A stretch of DNA of 51,900 nt, taken from contig JAZRJH010000179.1 in the NCBI GenBank assembly GCA_045645685.1, positions 1 to 51,900 of the forward strand. The letters are read 5' to 3'. The DNA is from Acutalibacteraceae bacterium (GTDB taxonomy: Bacteria > Bacillota > Clostridia > Oscillospirales > Acutalibacteraceae). The position numbers and the translations under genes were made by a program. Shown piece by piece: positions 38,291 to 46,954 of the stretch. The number at the start of each line of letters is the position of its first letter. The first letter of the stretch is position 1. The notes beneath the pieces are model-generated. The model was given only the letters and a program-made list of their open reading frames with translations. It made no database searches and was not told where the DNA came from.

Positions 38291-38683
38291 ATGAGTGTTG
38301 AGTCTTTAAAAGCAAAAAGAAGAACCAAAAAAAAACAGTTTAATGAATATGTCAAAAGAAGAGACGCAATCAATCGAATTATCAACAATATGAGCAGTAA
38401 GACAGGCGATGATGTTTCGGATGTTAACAATAAAATATATGCAACATCCAATTTTCTGCGTTCAGGCCTTTCAGGTGTTAGTAAAATATCGTCTGTAGCT
38501 ACCGAAATTTATAGCGAAAAGGAATCTTATGTGGGTGGAGATGATGCGCTTTCATCTTGCAGCGAATATTTGACAAAAGAAAAAAACAGATGCCAAAGTA
38601 AAATTAATTCTCTTGACAGAGAGATAGATGATTTGGAAAAACAGATCAAAGCAGAAGGCGGAACAATTTATTTTTGGGAGTGA
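38291..38683 (+). CDS. Small helical protein, probable LXG-associated targeting factor
   Basis: Helix-turn-helix coiled-coil pattern; lies between a WXG100 gene and the LXG-like effector. Confidence 0.65.
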   Translation: MSVESLKAKRRTKKKQFNEYVKRRDAINRIINNMSSKTGDDVSDVNNKIYATSNFLRSGLSGVSKISSVATEIYSEKESYVGGDDALSSCSEYLTKEKNRCQSKINSLDREIDDLEKQIKAEGGTIYFWE

Positions 38684-38689
38684 CATAAT

Positions 38690-40240
38690 TTGGGTACAGT
38701 AATGATCATATATTCCGAGCTGGAAAGTGCTGTGAAGAATGCAGGAAAAGTTCAAACCGAGATAGAGGGGTATATCAGTGAGATTAAAAAAACAATAAAA
38801 ACCCCGATATCAAATCTTCCCGGCAGCGATTCTAAAGGATATGCTTCAACTGCTTCTCAACTTGCGCAAAACAAAATAAATCAGTTGAACAAAAAATCCG
38901 AAAAGTTTGCAAGTATTGAAAAAAAATTAAATGATGTTGTCACAACAGCAAAAAGTAAAGACAGCAATGTTTCCGGTCGAATTGAGGAAATTGCGAATTC
39001 GGTTATAGGAAAACGAAAGTGGTATCAAGCAGTCGGAGATTGGCTTTATAATACTTTTTGTGTTGATTTGGCAAACAGTAACTTTGTGTTTGAATTTTTT
39101 GCTGATTGCTATGAATGGGCACATTCCAGATACGAAAAAGTAAAAGAAATAGTTGTTGATTGGTTTAAATATGGTGATGGTAAATACATATTGAACATAG
39201 CACTTTCGGTTGCTGGTACGATTGCTGCTATTGCCGGAGCAATTGCAGCGGTTGCGGCTGCACCGTTTACAGGTGGTGTATCACTTGCAGGACTTATCCT
39301 TTGTATTGGAGCGGTAGCTTCGTGTGTCACCGCTGCGATTGCAGCAATTAATACCATTGCAACGGTATATGACAATGGAAAGGCGCTAAGTCTTAGTGGA
39401 AATATTTTCGATGGATATGATGGTAAACCTGGCGCCGCAAGATATTATGGCGATACTGCCAGGATGAGCGAAGCATTTGACAAAAGAGATATGGGCGACG
39501 AAACAACAAACAAGATATTCAACTTCACAGGAAAAACTATCGATTTTATCGATAATGTCGCTACAGTTGTTGATGTAGTTTGCAGTGTTGCAAAATTAGG
39601 TATTGTGTATGATTACAGAATAAAGAAACCTGGAAAATCAAATATCAATACAAGAATCAATAAGGACACTTTCTTTAAGGGATATGATTTTTCGTATAAA
39701 AACATAACGAGAAATCTGATGAAAGAAATGGGATTTAAGATTACGTCGGGCGATTTAGATACGAAGACAGCGTTTGATTTCAAAAAGAAATTTTTTGCTG
39801 GGGATTATAAAATCGATAAGTTTACTAAGTTTACTAATGGTAAAAAAGTATGGTCGGCACCTGAATGGTCTGTAAAAGTATTCAAAGTAGCCAAAACCTT
39901 TACAAACATCAATAAAATTAACTCGTCGATTTCGACATTTGACCATCTCCTTGATCCCCCGCCGTCAAATGTTAAAATGACAAAACTTGAAGAGGCAATT
40001 TATGATGCTGAAAAGATCTACAACGGAACAAAGGCCATTACGGACGTAATCGGGTTCACCAAAATCGGTTCTGTTTACGGTAAATATGGAATAAAGGTTG
40101 GAGAAACCACAGGCACTGTTATAAGTGCAATCGTAAATTTAATAGACAGTGCTTCAACTTCCGTTGCAACCGGAGCAGTTCAGATGCCTGCACCTGCAAC
40201 AAGCGCAGGCGGAGGCGGTGGAGGAGGATACGCATGGTAA
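38690..40240 (+). CDS. Putative T7SS effector: LXG/WXG-like N-terminus, Gly/Ala-rich hydrophobic hairpin, unknown C-terminal domain
   Basis: Helical N-terminal 100 aa with central LPG; IALSVAGTIAAIAGAIAAVAAAPFTGGVSLAGLILCIGAVAS; no signal peptide. Confidence 0.75.
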   Translation: MGTVMIIYSELESAVKNAGKVQTEIEGYISEIKKTIKTPISNLPGSDSKGYASTASQLAQNKINQLNKKSEKFASIEKKLNDVVTTAKSKDSNVSGRIEEIANSVIGKRKWYQAVGDWLYNTFCVDLANSNFVFEFFADCYEWAHSRYEKVKEIVVDWFKYGDGKYILNIALSVAGTIAAIAGAIAAVAAAPFTGGVSLAGLILCIGAVASCVTAAIAAINTIATVYDNGKALSLSGNIFDGYDGKPGAARYYGDTARMSEAFDKRDMGDETTNKIFNFTGKTIDFIDNVATVVDVVCSVAKLGIVYDYRIKKPGKSNINTRINKDTFFKGYDFSYKNITRNLMKEMGFKITSGDLDTKTAFDFKKKFFAGDYKIDKFTKFTNGKKVWSAPEWSVKVFKVAKTFTNINKINSSISTFDHLLDPPPSNVKMTKLEEAIYDAEKIYNGTKAITDVIGFTKIGSVYGKYGIKVGETTGTVISAIVNLIDSASTSVATGAVQMPAPATSAGGGGGGGYAW

Positions 40241-40860
40241 CTGTAAATGAAAAATTGAAGTCAAGATTACAAGCTGAATATTTAAAAAGAAAAAACAAGA
40301 AACTAAAGATTTTTCATGCTTTTATTATAATTTCCGCTTTGCTGTGTTTAGCATATTGTGTTTATCTGATATTTTCACCGGATAAAGCAATAGTGAATGT
40401 TATGGGGGTCCCGAAAAAAGATTTTTTTTCAATCTCATTCATTGCTGTGACTAGTTTAGTTCTTTTGGGATTAATCAGTTTGTTTGTAAGAGTTTTTATA
40501 GGAAAAAAGTCCTCACAAAATTTGTCAGCCAGAATAAATGAAAAACTGTCGGTAAAAGAAAAAGCTTTGCTTTATTCTTTTAGAATCAAGCACGAAACTT
40601 TTCCTGCGGACAGACATGTAATTTATATTCCTTTTGATGATGAAATAGCAGTGCATTATAACTCAACAACAAGAGAAATTTACTTTAAAGGTAAAATATA
40701 TTATGAATATGTTGAAATGTATGATGAAAATGTTAATAAGACATCATTTCAGGAGGAACTCGATGAATTTGTAATATATGATTATTTTGAACCGCAGTTA
40801 AAAGAAGTTTTGGTAAAACAAAATGTTAAGATTGTTGAAAAGGAGAGTAATGATGGATAA
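40234..40860 (+). CDS. Two-TM membrane protein, candidate immunity protein
   Basis: Overlaps the effector stop codon; two TM helices plus a soluble beta-rich domain. Confidence 0.6.
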   Translation: MVTVNEKLKSRLQAEYLKRKNKKLKIFHAFIIISALLCLAYCVYLIFSPDKAIVNVMGVPKKDFFSISFIAVTSLVLLGLISLFVRVFIGKKSSQNLSARINEKLSVKEKALLYSFRIKHETFPADRHVIYIPFDDEIAVHYNSTTREIYFKGKIYYEYVEMYDENVNKTSFQEELDEFVIYDYFEPQLKEVLVKQNVKIVEKESNDG

Positions 40861-42139
40861 AGAACTTTTCCAGGATTATATAAGTAAGGGAATTTCACTT
40901 ATGACAAGCGGCAACTACGGAGCCGCAAAAACAGAGTTCGAGAATGCAATAAAGCTGGATAATAAGTCTTTTGATGCATATACACATCTCGGAAATGCAT
41001 GTGCAAATTTAGAGCTTTATGAAGATGCAATAACGGCTTTTAAAAACTGCTTACTGATTATGCCGGAATCCGGCGAAACTTTTTTCTCAATAGGTAACAT
41101 CTATCTACTTAAGGATGAAAGCATAAAAGCTGTCGAATATTACAATAAAGCAGAAGAAAAAGGTTACAAGTCGGCGGATATGTATCGCATACTTGCTGGA
41201 ATTTTTTGTGAGAACAATGACCCCGTACAGGCGTTAAGAAATGTTTCAAAAGCTATATCTGAAGAGCCTTTTAATGGTGAACTTCGTCTGTTTAAAGCAC
41301 AAATTTATATGGCGTATCAAAAATACCCTGAGGCTTTGGATGCTCTTGAAGAAATGCAGAAAGTTTTGCCGGATGCATTTGAAGCATACGATATGAGAAC
41401 ACAAATTTATTGTGCGCTTGGAAGATATGAAGAGGCGCTTCAGGTTGCTGAAATGGGCTGTGACAGATTCCCTGAGGATCCTAATGTTTCAATGGTGAAA
41501 CTCAGGGCCTTGATTGCTGCGGAAAAAGATGATGAAGCCCTTGATTTTATTGAGGAGATGAAGATTAACGGCCAGTACAATGCTGTTATAAAGGAAGCTG
41601 CTATTCAGGAATCAACAATATATTTGCATAAGTTTGATATGGAAAAAACATTGGTGACGCTTCGAAAGGCAAATGTCATCCTTAATGGCGATGCAGATAT
41701 TCTTTATTTGATAATGGATGTCTATGCAAAAATGAACGACAATGAGAAAACTCTTGAAACAGCTGAGGAACTTCTCAAATATGAAGTTAGTGATTTCTAT
41801 ACCGCAACAGCAAAATATTTCAGAGCGTTTTGTATGGACAAGTTGGGGAAAGAAGAAGAAGCCTTGACTGAATACAAGAATCTTACAGTTTATTTGAGAA
41901 AACTTACAATAGACACTCCCGCTTTCTATGAGGGTTATATTTATCGTTTGCTCTGTCACACAAGGTTGGGTGAATATGATAAGGCTCTCAGCCTTGCGGA
42001 TTATTTAGAGAATGTTAATCCGGAGAATGCGGATTCTCATATGTTCAGATATTTTATCTACAAGGAACAGGGCAATACAGAAAAAGCTGAACAAGAGAGA
42101 AGACTCGCACTTGAAATCAATCCGGAGTTAACGCTGTGA
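40850..42139 (+). CDS. Tetratricopeptide-repeat protein
   Basis: Repeated TPR patterns such as AYTHLGNACANLELYEDAITAFKNCL. Confidence 0.92.
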   Translation: MMDKELFQDYISKGISLMTSGNYGAAKTEFENAIKLDNKSFDAYTHLGNACANLELYEDAITAFKNCLLIMPESGETFFSIGNIYLLKDESIKAVEYYNKAEEKGYKSADMYRILAGIFCENNDPVQALRNVSKAISEEPFNGELRLFKAQIYMAYQKYPEALDALEEMQKVLPDAFEAYDMRTQIYCALGRYEEALQVAEMGCDRFPEDPNVSMVKLRALIAAEKDDEALDFIEEMKINGQYNAVIKEAAIQESTIYLHKFDMEKTLVTLRKANVILNGDADILYLIMDVYAKMNDNEKTLETAEELLKYEVSDFYTATAKYFRAFCMDKLGKEEEALTEYKNLTVYLRKLTIDTPAFYEGYIYRLLCHTRLGEYDKALSLADYLENVNPENADSHMFRYFIYKEQGNTEKAEQERRLALEINPELTL

Positions 42140-42149
42140 GGTGGTTTTG

Positions 42150-42452
42150 ATGGCTTGGGGTAATGATGAATTACAGTTTAATGTTGATCACATCAAAAAG
42201 ATGAGAACAAATGTTAAACAAACAATATCAGATCTGCGCGATGGAAAAAGCAAATTGAAATCTTCCTTGGAGTCATTAAAAGGAAAATGGAACACTCCGG
42301 CAGGGAAAAAATTCATGAGTGATTTTAATTTCGATTGGGTTAATGATATCGATAAGTATATCAACGTTTTAGAAAAGCTTGATGAGTTGCTAGGTGTTGC
42401 TGAATCCGACTATTCTGAAGTTGAAGAATTGGTAAAGAGGATTGATTTTTGA
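42150..42452 (+). CDS. WXG100-like protein (degenerate WNT motif)
   Basis: About 100 aa helical; KWNTPAGKKF; C-terminal YSEVE (YxxxE). Confidence 0.82.
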   Translation: MAWGNDELQFNVDHIKKMRTNVKQTISDLRDGKSKLKSSLESLKGKWNTPAGKKFMSDFNFDWVNDIDKYINVLEKLDELLGVAESDYSEVEELVKRIDF

Positions 42453-42503
42453 TGCAAAACCTAATGGTTTTACATAAATATATTTGTGAAAGGAGTGAAT
42501 AAA

Positions 42504-42791
42504 ATGGCAGTACGTGTTGACAGACCCGGTATCGAGAAGTGCATAAAGGTTATAGATGATGCAATCAAAGAACTTTCTGAGGCAGCTTCAAAAATCGAAA
42601 AAACGATGACAAGCGAAATCCCTGATTACTGGGAAGGTAATGCTCACGATAAGGCTCAGAGTACATATGACCAGGAATATCGTAAGCTTCTTACCAAAAC
42701 TCTTCCTGAGGCTGTAACAAGTTTCAAAGATTACATTGATCAGTGCAAAAACACTATTATTGAAATCGACGAACAGCTTTCAGGTTCTTAA
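42504..42791 (+). CDS. WXG100-family protein (EsxA-like)
   Basis: 95 aa; YWEGNA; strong RBS AAGGAG; followed by a hairpin. Confidence 0.9.
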   Translation: MAVRVDRPGIEKCIKVIDDAIKELSEAASKIEKTMTSEIPDYWEGNAHDKAQSTYDQEYRKLLTKTLPEAVTSFKDYIDQCKNTIIEIDEQLSGS

Positions 42792-42806
42792 TCTGCATCA
42801 GCCGGG

Positions 42807-42836
42807 AGGAGGTGCGATTTATCGCACCTCCTTTTC
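42807..42836 (+). terminator. Intrinsic terminator after the WXG100 gene
   Basis: AGGAGGTGCGAT-tt-ATCGCACCTCCT followed by T residues. Confidence 0.75.
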
Positions 42837-42902
42837 TCGGTGAACACAGATAAATTCATGCAGATGGTTTGGAAACTCGAAAGAATATAACAGGAGATAA
42901 TT

Positions 42903-43679
42903 ATGGAATATTTTATTGCTGCATGTTCAGATATTGGGATAAAGAAAAAAAGCAACCAGGATGCCTTGTCTGCAAGAGTTTTTTCTGTGAATGGTGAGAA
43001 AGCTGTCTTTGCGGTACTTTGTGACGGAATGGGCGGACTTTCTCAGGGGGAAATAATCAGTGCAACTCTTGTTGAGGCATTTATGAAATGGCTTGTGAAT
43101 GCGCTGGAAAACAAGTTGCTTATTGATGTTAATATAGAGAAAATAGTCAGAATGTGGAACAAAGTTGTTTCCTCAGAAAACAAAAAAATAATTGAGTTTG
43201 CAAAAAAACAGAATCTTTCAATGGGCAGCACCGTGGTGGTGGTGCTTATTATCGGTTCTGATTATTATATAATGAATATTGGCGATTCGCGGGCATATTT
43301 GATTTCTTCGGGAATAAAGCAGGTTACCCATGACCATTCTTTGATTTCGGCTGAAATAGCAGCCGGAAGACTTACCCCCGAAGAAGCTGAAAAAGATCCA
43401 AGAAGAAACATCTTGCTTCAGAGTGTCGGTGTGACGGAAGATGTAAAACCTGAGTATTATTACGGAAAATTATCAAAGGATGTTTGCTTTTTGCTTTGTT
43501 CTGACGGACTTGTTCATAAAGTTACCCCTTCAGAAATGGCAAGATTTTTTGAACCGACATCTTTGGATGATAAAAATTCTATGCAATCCGCAATTACGAA
43601 AACTATTTCTCTTGTTAAAGAGAGAATGGAAACTGATAATATATCAGCTGTTCTTATAAAAGCATTTCAAAATCAATAA
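42903..43679 (+). CDS. PP2C-family Ser/Thr phosphatase
   Basis: NQD, CDGMGG, GST, NIGDSR, CSDG, DNIS motifs. Confidence 0.96.
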   Translation: MEYFIAACSDIGIKKKSNQDALSARVFSVNGEKAVFAVLCDGMGGLSQGEIISATLVEAFMKWLVNALENKLLIDVNIEKIVRMWNKVVSSENKKIIEFAKKQNLSMGSTVVVVLIIGSDYYIMNIGDSRAYLISSGIKQVTHDHSLISAEIAAGRLTPEEAEKDPRRNILLQSVGVTEDVKPEYYYGKLSKDVCFLLCSDGLVHKVTPSEMARFFEPTSLDDKNSMQSAITKTISLVKERMETDNISAVLIKAFQNQ

Positions 43680-43700
43680 AAATCCGAAGGAGAATTCAAA

Positions 43701-44327
43701 ATGAATTACGAAACTTTAACTGTTTTAAGTTATATTGCGGCTGCATTGAGTGTAGTTTTGCTTGCGGTGGGTGTTGTTTTATTCTTTAAGCTGAAAATTA
43801 AAAATGTTATCGGAGACCTTACGGGCGCAAACCAGAGAAAGGCAATCGAAAGCATAAAAGCCGGAAACAAAACAAGTGCAGACAGCATATCATCTTCAAA
43901 TAAAGCCGCCAAAACATCAAAAACATCAGCAAAAACTTCTGCACCTAAAATTGAAAAATCCGGAAATACTGCGGATGAAATTTCAGCGGAAGCAGAAAAA
44001 AGAAAAGTGTCTCTTGTTGCTGATGAGAATGACGGAGTTACTGAAGTGCTTGGAGTTAACGCAATTGATGATGACGATGTGGATTCTGTCACAACTGTAC
44101 TTACAAGTGAAATTGAGGAAGAAGACGACGAAGGTGTGACATCTGTGCTTGGTGTGCAGGCTGTTGATGAGAATGACGATGATGAAGGCGTGACATCCGT
44201 GCTTGGCGTGCAGGCTGTTGATGCTGATGATGACGATGATGTTACATCGGTGCTCGGTGTGCAGCGCATAGATGACAGCGAAGGTTTTGAAGATGGTATA
44301 ACCTTTGTTCACGGAAAAACTTTATAA
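43701..44327 (+). CDS. Single-TM protein with a disordered tail carrying five acidic V-T-x-V-L repeats
   Basis: N-terminal TM then KLKIK; GVTEVL, SVTTVL, GVTSVL, GVTSVL, DVTSVL. Confidence 0.85.
   Translation: MNYETLTVLSYIAAALSVVLLAVGVVLFFKLKIKNVIGDLTGANQRKAIESIKAGNKTSADSISSSNKAAKTSKTSAKTSAPKIEKSGNTADEISAEAEKRKVSLVADENDGVTEVLGVNAIDDDDVDSVTTVLTSEIEEEDDEGVTSVLGVQAVDENDDDEGVTSVLGVQAVDADDDDDVTSVLGVQRIDDSEGFEDGITFVHGKTL
44022..44264 (+). repeat. Imperfect in-frame tandem repeat (D/E-rich-VTSVLGVQAV)
   Basis: GT[G/T]ACATC[T/C/G]GTGCT[T/C]GG[T/C]GTGCAG recurs three times, plus two diverged copies. Confidence 0.85.
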
Positions 44328-44408
44328 TGATAAGATTTTGTTGAATCAGAAGAATTTGTTGTGTTTATAATATAATTCAAAAATTATTGAATTTTTTTAA
44401 AAAAATGC

Positions 44409-44437
44409 TTGACTTAATTGAAAATATATGATATATT
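44409..44437 (+). promoter_or_regulatory. Sigma-A promoter for the tRNA pair
   Basis: TTGACT-17 nt-TATATT with TGn extension and A-rich upstream sequence. Confidence 0.8.
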
Positions 44438-44468
44438 AGTCAAGCGTTCTACGGAACACAGCAAATAT

Positions 44469-44544
44469 GCTGGTGTAGCTCAGTTGGTAGAGCAGCTGAT
44501 TTGTAATCAGCAGGTCGGGGGTTCGAGTCCGTCCACCAGCTCCA
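44469..44544 (+). tRNA. tRNA-Thr (TGT)
   Basis: 76-nt cloverleaf GCTGGTG/CACCAGC, anticodon loop TTTGTAA, encoded CCA. Confidence 0.97.
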
Positions 44545-44553
44545 ATTTAATAT

Positions 44554-44638
<85 letters not shown>

Positions 44639-44647
44639 AAGTCAAAT

Positions 44648-44685
44648 CATCCGAACATCGTCATCATTGGTGACACGTTCGGATG
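44648..44685. repeat. Inverted repeat CATCCGAAC/GTTCGGATG downstream of tRNA-Tyr
   Basis: 9-bp inverted repeat with 20-nt spacer; same geometry as 2085-2120. Confidence 0.8.
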
Positions 44686-44705
44686 TTTGCGTTTTATAAG
44701 TTGTT

Positions 44706-44746
44706 AAAAAAGAGTCGTTACATGAATTGTGTAACGACTCTTTTTT
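44706..44746. terminator. Bidirectional intrinsic terminator
   Basis: AAAAAAGAGTCGTTACA...TGTAACGACTCTTTTTT between convergent units. Confidence 0.88.
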
Positions 44747-44765
44747 AAGATATTATCAAATTACA

Positions 44766-45134
44766 TTAACAATCACCTATGACTTGTTTGTTCTTGAACT
44801 TTTTGAAAATCACTATAGACATAATGACAAATAAAATTATACCGATAAAAACAAGTACAGATATAATAGGATAGTCAATAATAATTCTACCTAAAATAAT
44901 AACGCCATAAGTTATTGCCCACAAGGTCACAAATATAATCAATCGAACAATCCAATGAGCAGCTTTTCCTTGCTCCCTTCCAGAGATAACTCTCTTTCTA
45001 TAAAGCAATCCTATAATCTTATACGATACTGCATAAGCAACAAAGGCTTCAACCGCAAGAATAATATATTCCCAAAACATATTGATAGGCAGACCTAAAG
45101 GTTCTGTAATAAGGCTAAAAATCTCTTTGTACAT
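44766..45134 (-). CDS. Small membrane protein (about 3 TM)
   Basis: RBS GGAGG; hydrophobic segments. Confidence 0.75.
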   Translation of the reverse strand: MYKEIFSLITEPLGLPINMFWEYIILAVEAFVAYAVSYKIIGLLYRKRVISGREQGKAAHWIVRLIIFVTLWAITYGVIILGRIIIDYPIISVLVFIGIILFVIMSIVIFKKFKNKQVIGDC

Positions 45135-45161
45135 TTTACCTCCAATTCTATAAAATGCAAA

Positions 45162-46208
45162 TCAGTATGTATCGATAGTTTTTTCTGAATCGGGCATTTC
45201 TGAAATTTCATCTATTAAATTAATAATTTTTTTTATGAGTTCTTGTTTACAAGCATATGAAACTTTGGAAAGCGATTCAAAATTTAGGCTTGCCAATTTT
45301 AATACAAATCCCATATCCCAATCCAAATTTGCTTCAATTCTATGTAATTGTTCGTTTGCAAATCTAATATTTTTGTCAGAATAAAAACGTAGAGCGGTAA
45401 CAATATTTTTTATAACATTTATGTTTTCAATCTCAAATTCACTCAGAAGTTCGTCGTATTCCTCTTGACTTTTAACAGAAGATAATAATTGTTCTCGTAT
45501 AATTAATGAGAAAAATTTATGTTTACACAACAAATTGTGTGCAGCATTCATTATTGCACTGTTGTCTTCGTCTGACTCTAACTCTACAAGTTCACCAAAT
45601 CTTTCAATTTTAATAAGGTAATATGAAATACTCAAAAGATAAATATATGGAGCCGTATCTTTTTTCTTTGAAAGTATATTTATAAAATCAGACTCATCAA
45701 GTTTAATCTTAATGCTTGTTGCATTTGTTGGAGCATCATCTTTGGCCCACCACTTATTATAAGGGTGATTATCGTTACGTTCTTCGTCAGTAAGTGATTC
45801 GTTTGAATTGATTCGTTTGAGAAGATACATGGGTTCGATTCCTAATTCTCGAATTCTTTCGTTAATTTCGTCAATCAATTTTTCGGGAATAGGTATCTGA
45901 CGAATTACAGTATCGAAATTTTCAAACCATACCTGTTTTCTTATTTCTTCAGGCGAGTATTTAATTTTTAGTGTTTCGTATATTTTTTCTATTGTTTCAT
46001 TATGATTTTTATTGTTTTGGGAAATAAAGTCGAATATATTCCACAAATCTTTTTCGTCAATTGTTTCTATACTGGCATTTTCTAACCTTGTGATAAATGT
46101 TGAACTTTTGTTAATATGCTCAGCAACACTTGTACCGGTTATTTTATTCTGCATGCGAATTGACTTGATAGCTTCTCCGAGTTCGGGTGTTACATAAATT
46201 CTTGCCAT
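45162..46208 (-). CDS. XRE-family HTH protein with long uncharacterised C-terminal region
   Basis: LGEAIKSIRMQNKITGTSVAEHINKSSTFITRLEN HTH; ATG at 46208 after GGAGGTG. Confidence 0.85.
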   Translation of the reverse strand: MARIYVTPELGEAIKSIRMQNKITGTSVAEHINKSSTFITRLENASIETIDEKDLWNIFDFISQNNKNHNETIEKIYETLKIKYSPEEIRKQVWFENFDTVIRQIPIPEKLIDEINERIRELGIEPMYLLKRINSNESLTDEERNDNHPYNKWWAKDDAPTNATSIKIKLDESDFINILSKKKDTAPYIYLLSISYYLIKIERFGELVELESDEDNSAIMNAAHNLLCKHKFFSLIIREQLLSSVKSQEEYDELLSEFEIENINVIKNIVTALRFYSDKNIRFANEQLHRIEANLDWDMGFVLKLASLNFESLSKVSYACKQELIKKIINLIDEISEMPDSEKTIDTY

Positions 46209-46310
46209 ATTACACACCTCCGTTTGTAAAAATATAGTAACACAAAAGCGAATCATAGTCAATATTTTTACAAAAATATTTTATAGGTAAAAATTTTTAC
46301 TAAAAATGGG

Positions 46311-46339
46311 TTGACATATCCGAACAAATGTGTTACAAT
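46311..46339 (+). promoter_or_regulatory. Sigma-A promoter divergent from the HTH gene
   Basis: TTGACA-17 nt-TACAAT with TGn extension. Confidence 0.8.
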
Positions 46340-46488
46340 GTCTGCACAATGAAAAAGCAGTGGTTCGCTACAACCACTGCTTTGAATCGGAACACGGTTG
46401 GTTCCTGACTTGAAAAGTAACTTAAGTCTATCATTTTTAGACATGAATGTCAAGCATTGAATTGCAACCGAGAGAGGGGTAAATATAA

Positions 46489-46632
46489 ATGGCAATACAT
46501 AGAACAGGAGAAAAGCCTGGCAAAGGAACCTATGTTTGTATCAAGTGCAATCAGAAAGTTGTTCTGGATGATCGCACAGATACACTCCCGCCCTGTCCCA
46601 AGTGTTCGGGCACAAAATTCATCAAAAATTAA
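46489..46632 (+). CDS. 47-aa Zn-ribbon protein (DUF1451-like); not in the ORF track
   Basis: My translation: MAIHRTGEKPGKGTYVCIKCNQKVVLDDRTDTLPPCPKCSGTKFIKN; RBS GAGGGG. Confidence 0.88.
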   Translation: MAIHRTGEKPGKGTYVCIKCNQKVVLDDRTDTLPPCPKCSGTKFIKN

Positions 46633-46646
46633 AAGGGGTTGAAAAG

Positions 46647-46817
46647 ATGGCAAAAACAGTAAAAACTGGTGGAGTTGTGCCTCAATCAGGTCAATATAGA
46701 CCTGTTGGCAGTAAAACGGAGTATACCTTTGTACAGGGCAAGAAAGTTCCACCCACACCGAAAGGTTCTACCAAATTTACAATGGTAGACAAAACAAAGC
46801 ATAAAGGCGATAAATAA
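46647..46817 (+). CDS. YjzC-like small protein
   Basis: KTGGVVPQSGQY...GKKVPPTP motif; RBS AAGGGG. Confidence 0.82.
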   Translation: MAKTVKTGGVVPQSGQYRPVGSKTEYTFVQGKKVPPTPKGSTKFTMVDKTKHKGDK

Positions 46818-46833
46818 TTACCTTTAACAAATC

Positions 46834-46870
46834 GGGCTATGTATTAGATTATACTAATGCATAGCCTTTT
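46834..46870 (+). terminator. Intrinsic terminator
   Basis: GGGCTATGTATTAG...CTAATGCATAGCCTTTTT. Confidence 0.75.
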
Positions 46871-46954
46871 TAAAAATCAATTTTCGACACAGCTATAAAT
46901 AAATCGCCGCTACACAATGTGCAGCGGCGGTGTTAATCTATTGCCAAGAGATTA

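Noticed and set aside
43730-44312. Antisense ORFs of 179 and 109 aa
   Set aside because: They are shadows of the repeat-rich + strand gene; the same applies to the many short antisense ORFs across 700-43300.
46321-46336. LexA (Cheo) box CGAAC-N4-GTTC within the promoter
   Set aside because: Only the left half matches; the right half reads GTGT.
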